Shown here in pieces: positions 9,221 through 17,781 of a stretch of DNA of 22,730 nucleotides. How positions within the stretch are numbered: the first letter of the stretch is position 1; each line of letters begins with the position of its first letter. The notes under the pieces were generated by a model. That model was not told the origin of the DNA. It worked only from the letters and a program-made list of their open reading frames with translations, and did not search any database. The translations under genes were made by a program, and so were the position numbers. The stretch comes from Planctomycetota bacterium (lineage in GTDB: Bacteria; Planctomycetota; SZUA-567; H5-PLA8), in the NCBI GenBank assembly GCA_038227875.1, contig JBBRPR010000093.1:1-22730 (forward strand). Direction: 5' to 3'.

Positions 9221-9502
9221 ATGACAATCCAGCCAAGCAGCGACAATTCCAACTCAAAAACGGTTCAAGCTCCCATCGCCCCGGCGGCCCCGGCCCCGAC
9301 CGATTCTAAGCGGGAGGTTGCGAGTCCAGAAGGCAAAGTGCGGGCGGATTTGCTGGAGCTTTCACCCGCAGCACAAAAACTCGTGCAGAGTGGAAACGGT
9401 CCCACCCCACAGCAGGCCCAACAACTGGCCGCGCTGTACGCGTCGGCCAGAGGAATGGTTATGGTTACCGGCCAATGGCGGAAATCAACGCTTCCGGCGT
9501 GA
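9221..9502 (+). CDS. Hypothetical low-complexity protein with FlgM-like DxxELSxxAxxL motif
   Basis: Pro/Ala/Ser-rich N-terminus, then ADLLELSPAAQKL. The 3' end overlaps the convergent receiver gene by 38 bp, so it may be truncated. Confidence 0.4.
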   Translation: MTIQPSSDNSNSKTVQAPIAPAAPAPTDSKREVASPEGKVRADLLELSPAAQKLVQSGNGPTPQQAQQLAALYASARGMVMVTGQWRKSTLPA

Positions 9503-9815
9503 ATGGCTTCCGGACAAATGTGACTATATTCAGAAAATCGGCGCGTGCTTCCGCGATGTTGCTGGCTGTCGTCAATATGATTCGAGTTTTCGGCGATTGC
9601 TCACGTATCTGTTGACAGAATGAAAACGCACTCGTCCCCGGCATCATGTAATCCATGACGATCACGTCCACGTCCATATCCAAAAGCATGGCTAGCGCCT
9701 TGTCTCGATTCTCCGCGACTTGAACGTGATAGCCCTCCACCCGCAAAATCAGAGCGGTAATTTCCCGGCTGTCACGGTCGTCTTCGATGACTAGAAATCG
9801 CGTTGCTTGAGACAT
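9465..9815 (-). CDS. Single-domain response regulator (CheY-like receiver, 116 aa)
   Basis: FLVIEDD, VIVMDYMMPG (phospho-Asp), IILTT and FVRKPF. Start moved to ATG 9815 so it does not overlap the kinase. Confidence 0.9.
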   Translation of the reverse strand: MSQATRFLVIEDDRDSREITALILRVEGYHVQVAENRDKALAMLLDMDVDVIVMDYMMPGTSAFSFCQQIREQSPKTRIILTTASNIAEARADFLNIVTFVRKPFTPEALISAIGR

Positions 9816-9873
9816 GGATGATTGCACTCCCACGTGACAAATCTGTTGAAGGTCCTTTCGAACACGGTCGCGC

Positions 9874-10989
9874 TCACTGCGCACTCGCGCGGCCCACCCC
9901 CTGCTTCTTCGGCAACACCACAATAAAATCCGTCCCTTTAGCTTCTGAACTTTCGATTCGAACTGTTCCGTGATGCGCAGCAACCATTCCGCTTACCAAC
10001 GCCAGGCCCAGACCCCATCCCGAATTGCTGGTGGCGTTGGAAGCCCGCAGAAATCTTTCGAACAACGTCGGCTGGATTTCGATTGGAATCGGGTTCCCTT
10101 CATTGTGAATTGTGAATCCTGCCTGGATCGCATCTTGCGTCAGCGTCACGAGGACCGGGGAATCTTGATTTCCGTATTTCAATGCATTGATGATCAGATT
10201 CTCCAGCACGCGGCGCAGGCCAGGACGGTTCCAGGCGCCACTCGTCGGCTCATCGGCGTTGAGTTCAAATCTGCTCCCATAGGTTTCCTTCATTTCCCGG
10301 ACTACATCCTTAATCAATTCGTCAAGGCGCATCTCTTCGAACTCAAAATCGATTCCCATGCCTGCGCGGATGCGGCTTACGTCCAGCAGTTCCTTGAGCA
10401 TCGAATCTAGACGCTCCATCGTGGTGTCGATTTTTCCGGCGGCTTTCAGCGCGCTTGCCGATACCGACGGATCTCGCTGGATGGCATACACCCACATCCT
10501 CGCGACAGAAATCGGCGCACGCAGATCGTGCACGAGCGTCAGCGAAAAGTGCTCCTGGATTTCGTTCTGTACATCGGCAAATCGCACCGCGACGTCACTC
10601 ACCGTCTGGTCGAATATATCCAGGATCAGATTCCGGTCCGTGATCGGCAACGGTCCATCGCTTTCCAGCACCTTCAGTGCGACGTCGCGCATAATCTGGA
10701 ACTCACGCACGATTTCGGCCAGCGTGTAACTCAGCGGTACACGGCTCTGCTGATGCAGCCTGGCGAATTTCAGCGCGCTGGCACGGTCTTCCGCCACTTG
10801 GTACCGCGTCCTGTTGATCGAATTGTCGAGAGCGAAAACAAGCTGGTCGAGGAACGATTGAAAATGATCCTTCATCAACAGCGACGTCACTCCCCAGGAC
10901 GAGGGGATCTCCTGGTGAGCACGCACTTCCCAATCGGCAAGAATTTTGGGCGAAACACGTCTTAACTTTTCTGAAGTCTGCTTTGACAC
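9874..10989 (-). CDS. Cytoplasmic sensor histidine kinase (helical RsbRD_N-like N-domain, HisKA, HATPase_c)
   Basis: GGAGGAG RBS with GTG start. H-box LVHDLRAPIS, N-box ENLIINALKY, G1 variant IHNEGNPI, F-box LFERF, G2 GWGLGL. No transmembrane segment. N-domain identity is inference. Confidence 0.92.
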   Translation of the reverse strand: MSKQTSEKLRRVSPKILADWEVRAHQEIPSSWGVTSLLMKDHFQSFLDQLVFALDNSINRTRYQVAEDRASALKFARLHQQSRVPLSYTLAEIVREFQIMRDVALKVLESDGPLPITDRNLILDIFDQTVSDVAVRFADVQNEIQEHFSLTLVHDLRAPISVARMWVYAIQRDPSVSASALKAAGKIDTTMERLDSMLKELLDVSRIRAGMGIDFEFEEMRLDELIKDVVREMKETYGSRFELNADEPTSGAWNRPGLRRVLENLIINALKYGNQDSPVLVTLTQDAIQAGFTIHNEGNPIPIEIQPTLFERFLRASNATSNSGWGLGLALVSGMVAAHHGTVRIESSEAKGTDFIVVLPKKQGVGRASAQ

Positions 10990-11017
10990 AATCTCCTCCC
11001 GGATTCCAAGCTTTCTT

Positions 11018-11572
11018 TCAGCCAGAAAGTTTGCGAATGGTCGAGATCAATTCGCGGGGAGCTGTCGTCTTGGATAGGCAAGGTATCGAAAGCGTTTTTG
11101 CCGTTTCAGACGCATTCGGCGCGGTCGAAAACAGCACCATCGGCAGCATTCCATACCGCTCCCTGACCAACTCGACAAATTGCTCCAGTTTCATTCCAGG
11201 CATGTTCCAATCGACAATGATCAGCGCGGCGATTTCATGCGTCAAAATGTCCAACGCGTTATCCCGGGACGAGCAGGTTTTTACGCAGAAGCCTTCCAGC
11301 GCCAGCAGCGTGGACAGCGAATCCCGAAATGCCTCTTCGTCATCAATCACCAGCAACAGCTTCGACGCCGTTCTCCCGGAAACATCTGCACCTGGCGGTA
11401 GCACATCGATCTCGAGCAGCGACTGCGTCGAAAATTCGACACAGCCGTTGCATCGCGGGCATTTGGCCGTGTAACCCAGGTCTGAAGCAGGCACCGTAGG
11501 CGCTTCGATATACACGTCGAACGCGTTCCCACATCCAGCGGCGCCGCACGTTTGCATCGTTTTGAAATACAT
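11018..11572 (-). CDS. Response regulator with N-terminal Cys-rich zinc-ribbon-like domain and C-terminal receiver
   Basis: CGAAGC...CPRC in the first 45 aa. Receiver motifs LLLVIDDE, LIIVDWNMPG, MVLFS and LSK. Confidence 0.85.
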   Translation of the reverse strand: MYFKTMQTCGAAGCGNAFDVYIEAPTVPASDLGYTAKCPRCNGCVEFSTQSLLEIDVLPPGADVSGRTASKLLLVIDDEEAFRDSLSTLLALEGFCVKTCSSRDNALDILTHEIAALIIVDWNMPGMKLEQFVELVRERYGMLPMVLFSTAPNASETAKTLSIPCLSKTTAPRELISTIRKLSG

Positions 11573-11637
11573 GATCAGTCACTTCCACGCAGTGAGGCGA
11601 TGAGCGAATTACGAAAATTGACCGGCCAGAGCGCCCT

Positions 11638-12972
11638 TCACTGAGCGCTCTCAGGTGCGTCCCTTTCGTACGATTGCAATTTTATGACCAGAGTGCTGCG
11701 CGCCATCTGCAGGATCTTGGCCGCTTCGGACTTGTTTCCGTTCACACTTTCCATGACTCTAAGAATGTGACTCTGTTCAGCCGCGGCCATCGATTGGAGC
11801 GCATGGCCGGAATTTAAATTTGCCACCGCGTCTCCGTGCAATCCCAATTCGTCCGATTGAATGACATTGCCGGCTGAAAAAATGATTCCGTGCTCGATCG
11901 CCGCGCGCAATTCCCGGACGTTTCCCGGCCACGTATAGCTCTGCAAGCGGTCTTCTGTTGCCGCGCTGATGCTGCGCGTCCCGCCGCTCAGGAACCGAAC
12001 GAAGTGGCGCGCCAGCGGAATGATGTCCTCGCGGCGTTCGCGCAATGGCGGAACCACCAGCGTCACCGTGGCCAGCCGGTAATACAAGTCTTCGCGGAAC
12101 GCGCGCGTCTTGCAGGCCTCGCGCAGATCCTTGTTCGTCGCACAAATGATGCGCACGTTCACATGCTGATCCTTGTCGCTGCCCACGGGATGAACCATGC
12201 TGTCTTGGAGCGTGCGGAGTAGCTTGGTCTGCAGCGTGTAGCTGAGATCGCCGATTTCGTCGAGGAACAGCGTGCCCCCGTCGGCTTCGACAAACGCGCC
12301 CTTGCGATCCTTGTCCGCGCCGGTAAACGACCCCTTCTTGTGGCCGAACATCTCCGATTCGAATAGATTCTCGGGAATCGCCGCACAGTTGCGTGCCACG
12401 AAAATCTTTTTCGCGTCAGTTGAAAGTTCGAAGAGCTTCAGCGCAATGCATTCCTTGCCCGTTCCGCTCTCGCCCAGAATCAATACGCTCGCCTTGCTGG
12501 CCGCGGCCTTGCGAACGCGTTCCAGCAGCAGCTTCATGCTCGGCGATTCCGCGATCATTTCGACGGACGAGTTTGATTTGCGCAGCTGCGCCACTTCGCG
12601 TCGCAGTTCGCGTGTTTCTTCCACGCGGTCGAGGCGTACCTTGAGTTGATCGAAAGCGAAAGGCTTTTGTAAAAAGTCGGAGGCGCCCTCTCGCATGGCA
12701 TCGACCGCCACATTCACCGAGCCGTTGCCGGTGATGAGAATGACGGAGATCTCTGCGTTGCGCGTGCGGATTTCCTTAAGGAACCGCATCCCGTCAATGC
12801 CAGGCATCACCAGGTCGGTCAGTACGACGTCCCACTGGCGGCCTTCCAAAGCAGTCAGGGCCGTAGCCGCCGACTCATGCGCCTCCACGACGTATCCGGC
12901 GTGTAACAACTCCTGCGTCATGATTTCACGCATATCAGCCTGATCATCGACAATTAAAATGCGCAAGCTCAT
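11638..12972 (-). CDS. Sigma54-dependent response regulator (NtrC/AtoC-like REC-AAA+-Fis HTH, 444 aa)
   Basis: ILIVDD and VLTDLVMPG; Walker A GESGTGKE; ESEMFGHKKGSFTGA; Walker B LFLDEIG; FREDLYYRL; WPGNVREL; HTH GNKSEAAKILQMARSTL. Confidence 0.95.
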   Translation of the reverse strand: MSLRILIVDDQADMREIMTQELLHAGYVVEAHESAATALTALEGRQWDVVLTDLVMPGIDGMRFLKEIRTRNAEISVILITGNGSVNVAVDAMREGASDFLQKPFAFDQLKVRLDRVEETRELRREVAQLRKSNSSVEMIAESPSMKLLLERVRKAAASKASVLILGESGTGKECIALKLFELSTDAKKIFVARNCAAIPENLFESEMFGHKKGSFTGADKDRKGAFVEADGGTLFLDEIGDLSYTLQTKLLRTLQDSMVHPVGSDKDQHVNVRIICATNKDLREACKTRAFREDLYYRLATVTLVVPPLRERREDIIPLARHFVRFLSGGTRSISAATEDRLQSYTWPGNVRELRAAIEHGIIFSAGNVIQSDELGLHGDAVANLNSGHALQSMAAAEQSHILRVMESVNGNKSEAAKILQMARSTLVIKLQSYERDAPESAQ

Positions 12973-13259
12973 ATATCGAGGGTTCTCGGTATCGGGAAGT
13001 GCCTGTAGCAAGTGCTTTCGCATAACTTAATCGCAAAGCTTGAGCCAATGGCGAAGCGAAACCATCGCCGATATTCGGTATGATTTTCCTTGAAGTGTAT
13101 GGATTTCGATTGAGATGCCCGATTATCGGGAACTTCGTAGACAAGCTTGTGAAACGAGCCAGCGATGACTTCCAGCGCGAGATCGGTGAGTTCGGGAACG
13201 TCGCGGATTAGAGTGGGTTCCATTTGCGAGGGCGACTCATAGCAGGCTGTCATTTTCAA
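12969..13259 (-). CDS. Small hypothetical protein (up to 96 aa), translationally coupled to the sigma54 regulator
   Basis: Its TGA overlaps the downstream ATG (ATGA, 12969-12972). Start uncertain (TTG 13259 or a later ATG). Confidence 0.45.
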   Translation of the reverse strand: MKMTACYESPSQMEPTLIRDVPELTDLALEVIAGSFHKLVYEVPDNRASQSKSIHFKENHTEYRRWFRFAIGSSFAIKLCESTCYRHFPIPRTLDI

Positions 13260-13292
13260 GGCCTCAAATCATTTTAAGCACTTACTTTAGTG

Positions 13293-13485
13293 GGCGATCT
13301 TATAGGCGATCTAGTAAATTTTTAAGTCAATAATATTAAACAGTTTGTATTTATAATGTCCAGAGAAAGTAAGTGTCTTCAGGCGATTCCATAGGCGATC
13401 AAATGTGCGATCTCGCTGAATTTCTCTAGATCGACGGCGGTCACTTGGATTTCATCCTTCGCAATTTGGTGATTTTTCGGGCGAT
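13293..13485. promoter_or_regulatory. Array of GGCGAT hexamers with 12-bp period in an AT-rich intergenic region; putative regulator-binding sites
   Basis: Hexamers at 13293/13305; 13382/13394/13406 (TGCGAT); 13468 (GGTGAT)/13480. Confidence 0.6.
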
Positions 13486-13511
13486 GTCGCGGGCCCAGGC
13501 GGCTCTATAAG

Positions 13512-16475
13512 TTACTTTGCAATCTCCGCGATTTCTTTGGCGCTCAGTGCGCGGTTGTAGATGCGCAGGTCGTCGAGTTCTCCTTCGAAACAATTCTCGC
13601 CGAGGTGGGACTGGGCGACGGTTAACGGGATACCTTTCAGATTGAAATTGCCGCTAACGGTATCGGACTTCTCGCCGTTGAGGTAGCTGATCAGCGTGGT
13701 GCCGTCGAAGGTCATCGCCACATGGGTCCACTTGCCGACTTCCAGTTTGAGGCTTAGTTGCGGTCCGCCCCAGGCACCGAAGGCGGTGCCGCCAGCGGGG
13801 TTGATCAGCCAATGGTGGCTGCCGTCGCCCTCTGCACCCAGCAGCAGCAGCCACGCGCGCTTCTCCGGCAATTTGGCGATCTTGATCCATGCCATGATGG
13901 TGTGTGGCATATTTCCGGGGGAGAGTCCGTTGATGCTGGCGACGCTCGCTCCGCTGTTGGAGCCCGCGGGAAAGGAAAGAGCGCCGTTGCTTCGGCCTTC
14001 AACCCAGGCGATTCTGCCGTTTAGCGTTCCGTCGTTCAGATTATCCGAAGCGTCTTCAGCGGTGGAGCCCATCCAATCTTTAAGTTTCCAAGACAGCACA
14101 ACGTCGCCGCCGGACTTGAGCTGCGCCGGGTTTTCAGACACCGTGAACTTCAGTGACTCACCGCGCGGCTCGCCCTGATCGACGGGAAAGCACGGATACG
14201 TCAGATTGACGGTGTCGCCGGCTTTCCATGTTTTGTCGGTGGTCAGAATCACGCCGGTCGGAACGAGTTTTACATTCGTCACGGCCGCGCCGGAGATGAC
14301 ATAGGTGGAAATCTCAGACCAGATTCTGTGATCGAGGGAAGCTTTGCATTGCAGCTCGATCGTGTTGGCCTCGCATTTTGTGCATTTAAGAACGCGCGCG
14401 GCACTCCAGCGGAACGCGGACACCGGCAGGTCGTTCTTACCTTTTAGCGAGCCACTCGCTGCATACGAAATTTTGAATGGTGCGGGCACGTCTTTGATGT
14501 CGATGACAAGACTGTCACCGTCGAGCTTCGTCCTGGCCGGTTGGATGCCGGTGCGGCTGATGATCAGAACATCTTTCAAGCCATTGGGCCCCAATGAGCC
14601 ACCGGTCTGTCCGAATTGGAAGGTGAGCGTGTCTTTTTTCGTGATCACGTCTTTCACGTAAACGTGGTGTTCCTGCAGATCGTAGCAGGCTATGCCCATC
14701 TCCGTGCGCAAGAACAGCTTGCCATTGGCCAGCGCCATCGGCGCCCAAGGAACGACGCCGGGATCGAAAGTGCCGAGCGGAATGCACTTTTCCGGCGTCG
14801 CACTCACCATCGCGATTTTGTAGTCCTCCATCAAATAGTCGCCAAAGCCTTTGCCGACCGCCATGAGGATTTTTCCGTCGGCGAGGATCGAGGGCGTGTT
14901 TTCGGCGAAGTACGCATTGCCGTATTGCCAATTCAATGCGCCGGTCTTCAAATCAAAGCAGCACAAGCCGCCGATCTTCTGACGGCTGCCTTCGATACCG
15001 TTGACCAATTGGTATAGATGATCCTGATGGATCACCTGGTTGGCGTTGAATAGCGTGGTGGGAGAACATTCGGCTAGCGCGGCGACGGGCTGCAATTCCT
15101 GTTGCGTCATTGTGTAGATCTTACCCTCCGAGACGAACGCATTGCCATCGCGGCGACTGGCAAAATTGACCAGGGAGAATCCGCTGTTTTTGTACTTCAA
15201 TGTCCACGAGTCTTTGCCTGTTTCCAGGTCCATGCAGAAAATCGAATTCGTGGCGGCGCCGTCGCTGGCGATGATGCAGGTCTTTCCGCCGGAGGTCCAC
15301 AGCGACGGCGAGGTATTGCGGCCCCAATCATTCCAGCCCTTGTTGCTATCGCTTTTCCACACTGGCGTTTTCCAGAGCACCTTGCCGGTGTCGGCCTGAT
15401 ACGCCACGCCGCAATAGTAGACCACGCCATTGGCAACCAATACAGAGACGTGTTCGACGCCGCACTTGGACTGCCAGAGTACTGCGCCGTCTTTCGCGGA
15501 AAGACAATATAAGCCGCCGGCGCCGACAAAATAACATTTGCCGTTCCACACCGCCGGCGAACCGCAGAGGCCCAGAATGTCCGCCGTCCCGATGTAAATG
15601 TTTTTCAGTTTTTGAAGGGACTCGGCATCGAGCGGAAACTCCTTTTTCCAGAGCAACTTGCCGGTCGACGCGTCGAGGCAGACGAGCAGATCCAACTTCG
15701 TAAAGCTGCGCCGCCACGCGCTTTCCAGAATAGCCGAATTGTTAAAATGACGGTCGAGCGCGTTTTCCCATTTGAGTTCCTTTGGAAGTTGCGCCACACA
15801 TTCCCGCAAACTTACATAACCACCGGGTTTCAACTTGCTCAGTTTGACCAGATGTTCCCACGGTAGGCCGGTGGGCATACACAGTCGCCGGCGAATGAAA
15901 TCGCCATACTTCGCCGCCTCCGCTGGAGGCAATGTCGCGACGAAATCCTTGATGTACTTGTCCAACTCCGGTTGCTTGGACAGGTATTCGATCAGCTCCT
16001 TATCCTTTTCTTTCAGGTCTTTGGGATCCAGCCATTGCCAACCCGGAGCAGCGGGGCGGTCTTTGGCCGTACGCGCGACTTCGATTTTCTGGATCAGTTC
16101 TTCCGGCACGTCGCTGCGCCAACCCGCGCTTTCCAGAAATTCCGTCGAGAAGATGTTGTAGCGGTCGCCGCCGCCCACAGGTTGCTTGGCCGTCGCATAC
16201 ACGAACACTTTGCCGTCCGCCACCACCGGACCGCTGCAGCCGCCCTGGTACCAGCCGGGAATCCGTTCGCTCTTCCAGGCCAGCGGCGGACCTTCCTCCG
16301 GCCACGTGTCCAGCAATTTGGGGCTGTAAACTGCGATGCTGTCCCGATTCGGTCCACGGTACTGCGGCCAGTCGCTGTTCGTTTCGTTGGTCGCAGACTC
16401 CTGTGGTGGCGCTACGGCGGATAGCGCGCGCGTTGCCACCAAGCAGAGTAACAACACGAGCGGCAATCGCGTCAT
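13512..16475 (-). CDS. Secreted PQQ-binding-like beta-propeller protein with helical insert, beta-rich stalk and C-terminal LamG/ConA-like domain (987 aa)
   Basis: GAGGAG RBS and signal peptide. Propeller motifs DWPQYRGPNRD, CLDASTGKLLW and MALANGKLFLR...CYDL. LamG motifs TIMAWIK, GKWTHVAMTFDG..LISYLNG and FEGELDDLRIYNRALS..EI. Confidence 0.93.
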   Translation of the reverse strand: MTRLPLVLLLCLVATRALSAVAPPQESATNETNSDWPQYRGPNRDSIAVYSPKLLDTWPEEGPPLAWKSERIPGWYQGGCSGPVVADGKVFVYATAKQPVGGGDRYNIFSTEFLESAGWRSDVPEELIQKIEVARTAKDRPAAPGWQWLDPKDLKEKDKELIEYLSKQPELDKYIKDFVATLPPAEAAKYGDFIRRRLCMPTGLPWEHLVKLSKLKPGGYVSLRECVAQLPKELKWENALDRHFNNSAILESAWRRSFTKLDLLVCLDASTGKLLWKKEFPLDAESLQKLKNIYIGTADILGLCGSPAVWNGKCYFVGAGGLYCLSAKDGAVLWQSKCGVEHVSVLVANGVVYYCGVAYQADTGKVLWKTPVWKSDSNKGWNDWGRNTSPSLWTSGGKTCIIASDGAATNSIFCMDLETGKDSWTLKYKNSGFSLVNFASRRDGNAFVSEGKIYTMTQQELQPVAALAECSPTTLFNANQVIHQDHLYQLVNGIEGSRQKIGGLCCFDLKTGALNWQYGNAYFAENTPSILADGKILMAVGKGFGDYLMEDYKIAMVSATPEKCIPLGTFDPGVVPWAPMALANGKLFLRTEMGIACYDLQEHHVYVKDVITKKDTLTFQFGQTGGSLGPNGLKDVLIISRTGIQPARTKLDGDSLVIDIKDVPAPFKISYAASGSLKGKNDLPVSAFRWSAARVLKCTKCEANTIELQCKASLDHRIWSEISTYVISGAAVTNVKLVPTGVILTTDKTWKAGDTVNLTYPCFPVDQGEPRGESLKFTVSENPAQLKSGGDVVLSWKLKDWMGSTAEDASDNLNDGTLNGRIAWVEGRSNGALSFPAGSNSGASVASINGLSPGNMPHTIMAWIKIAKLPEKRAWLLLLGAEGDGSHHWLINPAGGTAFGAWGGPQLSLKLEVGKWTHVAMTFDGTTLISYLNGEKSDTVSGNFNLKGIPLTVAQSHLGENCFEGELDDLRIYNRALSAKEIAEIAK

Positions 16476-16581
16476 GGGATCGGTCTCCTCGTGGCTACGT
16501 TTCGCTCACCCATTACGCCACGCCGTAGCAGGTCGAATTGTCGCTGTGTAGCGATGGCAGAATTGGCCATGGGCAACATCG

Positions 16582-16712
16582 AATATACTCCGCCACCCGC
16601 GTCGACAGCATCCTTTTCTCGATGGACAAAGTAATCATACTTATGTACTTTCTTGTTGCGACGTCCCAGCCGTCGACAAACGGAAAAATCGTCCGCACAG
16701 GCGGAAAAATAG
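16582..16712 (-). promoter_or_regulatory. Divergent promoter region with 21-bp-spaced direct repeats, candidate AraC-family sites
   Basis: CGGAAAAAT at 16681 and 16702; GACA(G/A) at 16604 and 16625; GTCGACA at 16601 and 16672. Minus-strand -10-like TATATT at 16582-16587. Confidence 0.5.
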
Positions 16713-16758
16713 GATTGCGGCAATGGTTCCGATACGTCGTTTTTTTCCGAATTCAGCT

Positions 16759-17562
16759 ATGAAATCGACGCGCCTGTCGATCTTCGGAATCGGGATACTG
16801 GAGCATCGGCGACCATCTGTTACCTACCGGCCCACGGGTACCGGCGACTACCTGTTTATGTATTTATATGAGTCCGGATGGTTTCGAACCGAACGCGGTG
16901 TGGCGCGGCATCCGGCGGGGACAATGGTGCTCTGGCGTCCCGGCGAGCACCAGTACTACGGTTGTGAAGAATCGCGCTGGCGGCATTCGTTTCTTCATTG
17001 CGATGGATCCTGGGTGGAGGCCTGCGTGGAGTCGGCGGACCTCCAGTTCAATACAGCGATTCGCGTACTCGACCCCGTGGTGATCGAGCGGGGGTTGTTA
17101 AGCATCCATCAGGAAGTGATAGGATACCCGAATCCGGATGAACGAATCGTCTGCAATCTGTTTGAGAATTGGTTGCGCGATATTCGCCGCGCATCGCTGA
17201 CGGACGAACAGACGTCCACGACGCCGCCAAAGCTTCAGGCGTTGAAGACGCATCTCGATGCCCATTTTAATCAGGATCAATCTTTGGATGCATTGGCGCG
17301 CCGCATCCATTTATCTGTTCCCCGGCTGTGCAGCCTGTTCAAGCGGCACTACTCGTGCTCGGTGACGAAGTACATCATCGGCCTGCGGATGAAACACGCG
17401 GCGTACTTGCTGAAAGACCGCAACCTGTTGATCGCCGAAGTTGCCGGCCAGGTGGGATATGATGATCAGTTCCATTTTTCGAAGCTCTTCAAGAGCCGAT
17501 ATGGATTAAGTCCGCGTCAGTTCCAGAAGGTGAATGAGACGGAAGAAAAACCGCGCGGATAG
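16759..17562 (+). CDS. AraC-family transcriptional regulator
   Basis: Cupin-like N-domain (LWRPGEHQYY...WRHSFLHCDG). Double HTH SLDALARRIHLSVPRLCSLFK and IAEVAGQVGYDDQFHFSKLFKSRYGLSPRQF. Start 16759 or 16723. Confidence 0.95.
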   Translation: MKSTRLSIFGIGILEHRRPSVTYRPTGTGDYLFMYLYESGWFRTERGVARHPAGTMVLWRPGEHQYYGCEESRWRHSFLHCDGSWVEACVESADLQFNTAIRVLDPVVIERGLLSIHQEVIGYPNPDERIVCNLFENWLRDIRRASLTDEQTSTTPPKLQALKTHLDAHFNQDQSLDALARRIHLSVPRLCSLFKRHYSCSVTKYIIGLRMKHAAYLLKDRNLLIAEVAGQVGYDDQFHFSKLFKSRYGLSPRQFQKVNETEEKPRG

Positions 17563-17781
17563 TGCTGTCGACCACGTCGTTATAGCGAAATCGGAACCTT
17601 CGCGCACACGGTCACCCGCATAAAAGTGGGGTCCTTGCGCCACGCCCGGGGGCCCCACCCCACCACATTGACGCGAAGAGATGCCATGGCTGTCAGGAGC
17701 AAGCCGCCAAAGGCGATCCGGAAAACAGAGCGGCAAATGCTCTTTGTACCAATTAATGGTGGTGAAGAAATAATTGTTGCA

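Noticed and set aside
13293..13485. CRISPR array
   Set aside because: The repeat core is only 6-19 bp, the units are irregular, and there are no cas genes.
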